Shown here in pieces: positions 62,901-64,000 of a DNA stretch of 64,000 bases. The stretch covers positions 2,576,627-2,640,626 of the forward strand of contig MU004230.1 in the NCBI GenBank assembly GCA_010405405.1. The letters are read 5' to 3'. The stretch comes from Microthyrium microscopicum (lineage: Eukaryota). The notes beneath the pieces are model-generated. The model made no database searches and was not told where the DNA came from. It was given only the letters and a program-made list of their open reading frames with translations. Made by a program: the position numbers and the translations under genes. Position 1 is the stretch's first letter. The number at the start of each line of letters is the position of its first letter.

Positions 62901-63385
62901 TGGCGGGAACAGCCTGGTGCTTACCTGATGACAACGAAAAAGACACTGTTCGCCCTTTTCGACCCTTTTGTTTTGTTATCCAAGCTGGGACTCTGCGTTT
63001 TGCCTCTTTCAAAGATACTCCTGTACATGCTCTGGTATACGCTAGGACTCTCGCCTGTAGCTAGCGATGCTTGCGAGCCCTGTCGCTCCAGTGGCTTTCC
63101 ACTAACACCTCCAGGTACATATTCGCGACAGACGGCAAAATATCCAGCGGCAACATCGGGTTCGTGAACGCGCAGTTTGACCTCAGACGGGAGGCCTTTC
63201 AATTCTTCTTGCGCGACGTCTTTCTCCTCGCTGGTGAGTTCGAGGGCATCTTGCGCCGAGGAAGCAGTCAATTGTCCTACAGGTTGCGAGGAATATACGT
63301 GGTAAAGAATGGCGAGTAGGATTAGGGGTATAAAGGTGAGTCCGCCCAGGATATATACCAGCAGATAGGAGACGATGGTCAACAT
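59957..63385 (-). CDS. NVJ2: TM-PH-SMP membrane-contact-site lipid transfer protein (Nvj2/TEX2-like), 2 exons
   Basis: N-terminal TM (YILGGLTFIP); PH-like LMLYDDEEQLEVRHVI...KEDFY; SMP TRWINALVGRLFL...KPPPSNRIWF; disordered tail. Intron about 62924-62874. Confidence 0.85.
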
Positions 63386-64000
63386 TTTGAAAGCACAACG
63401 GCCAGCAGATCAACGTCGCTCTCTGCCATGAGCGTGACAAAGATACATTGGTAGAAAAACGGTAGGGACGGTAGGGGAGGAGGCCAGAGATCAGTTGGAT
63501 TGCGTGAGATGGATCAGCGCAAGGCAATGAAGAGGAAGTCACAGGATTTAGTTGTTGACGGGGTATTTGGAGGGAGGATGAGTCGCAGCGGCGATGATGC
63601 ATGGATGCAGTCAGGAGCAAGTTGACAGGTTGGGACAGGGAGCTGAGCAGCAGTTAGCATCGCGTCTGGCGCTTGTTTGGTCCTAGTTACTTGGTCCTAC
63701 CACAACACCATGCCGCCGCTAGTTCTCCTATCTCCAACTTCACCTCTCTATTTATCGCTCTCATTAAGGCTTCAAGGACTCCAGGCTTTTATTGCACTGC
63801 CCCAATGACAGCATGGATTCAACCACCTGGGATCAATCTCACCCCATGCTTCCGACTTATTTGATCATCATGGCACTCGTAGGCGTGCACGTTAACTCAG
63901 CATCATGAGCAAGAAGTATACCTGCACGCATCAAAATCACATCAAGTCTGGTTCACGTTCCAGAATTATGCGCACCATAGAGTACATTGACTTTGCTAGA

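Overview
Gene-dense, intron-rich DNA from a filamentous ascomycete (Pezizomycotina-like GT-AG introns of about 50 nt with CTRAY branch points). About 22 protein-coding genes are readable: a PIC2/MIR1-type mitochondrial carrier (partial), a GT90 glycosyltransferase, a CrpA/Crp1-type Cu P1B-ATPase, a DEP1/Sds3-like protein, NOP12, CCT4, MET2, a signal-peptide Cu/Zn SOD, SUP35, a small Zn2Cys6 protein, SGF73, a Nudix hydrolase, a RING protein, a bZIP factor, PLP2, SEC21, a double PARP-type zinc-finger protein, an otubain with a long Q/H-rich N-terminus, CSN2, RHO3, a divergent RPL21/RPS9 pair and an NVJ2-like protein. The main element missed by the ORF track is a spliced non-coding host transcript at about 19.2-21.0 kb. 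Six consecutive introns each carry one box C/D snoRNA (snR78, 77, 76, 75, 74, 73 homologues), and the first appears to be a double-guide RNA that also carries the snR72 guide. The other main candidates are the secreted SOD that keeps all Cu and Zn ligands, and His/Met-rich exofacial loops in the Cu-ATPase. No tRNA, rRNA, transposon or CRISPR was seen. All family and rRNA-target assignments come from motif recognition and recalled sequences, not database searches.
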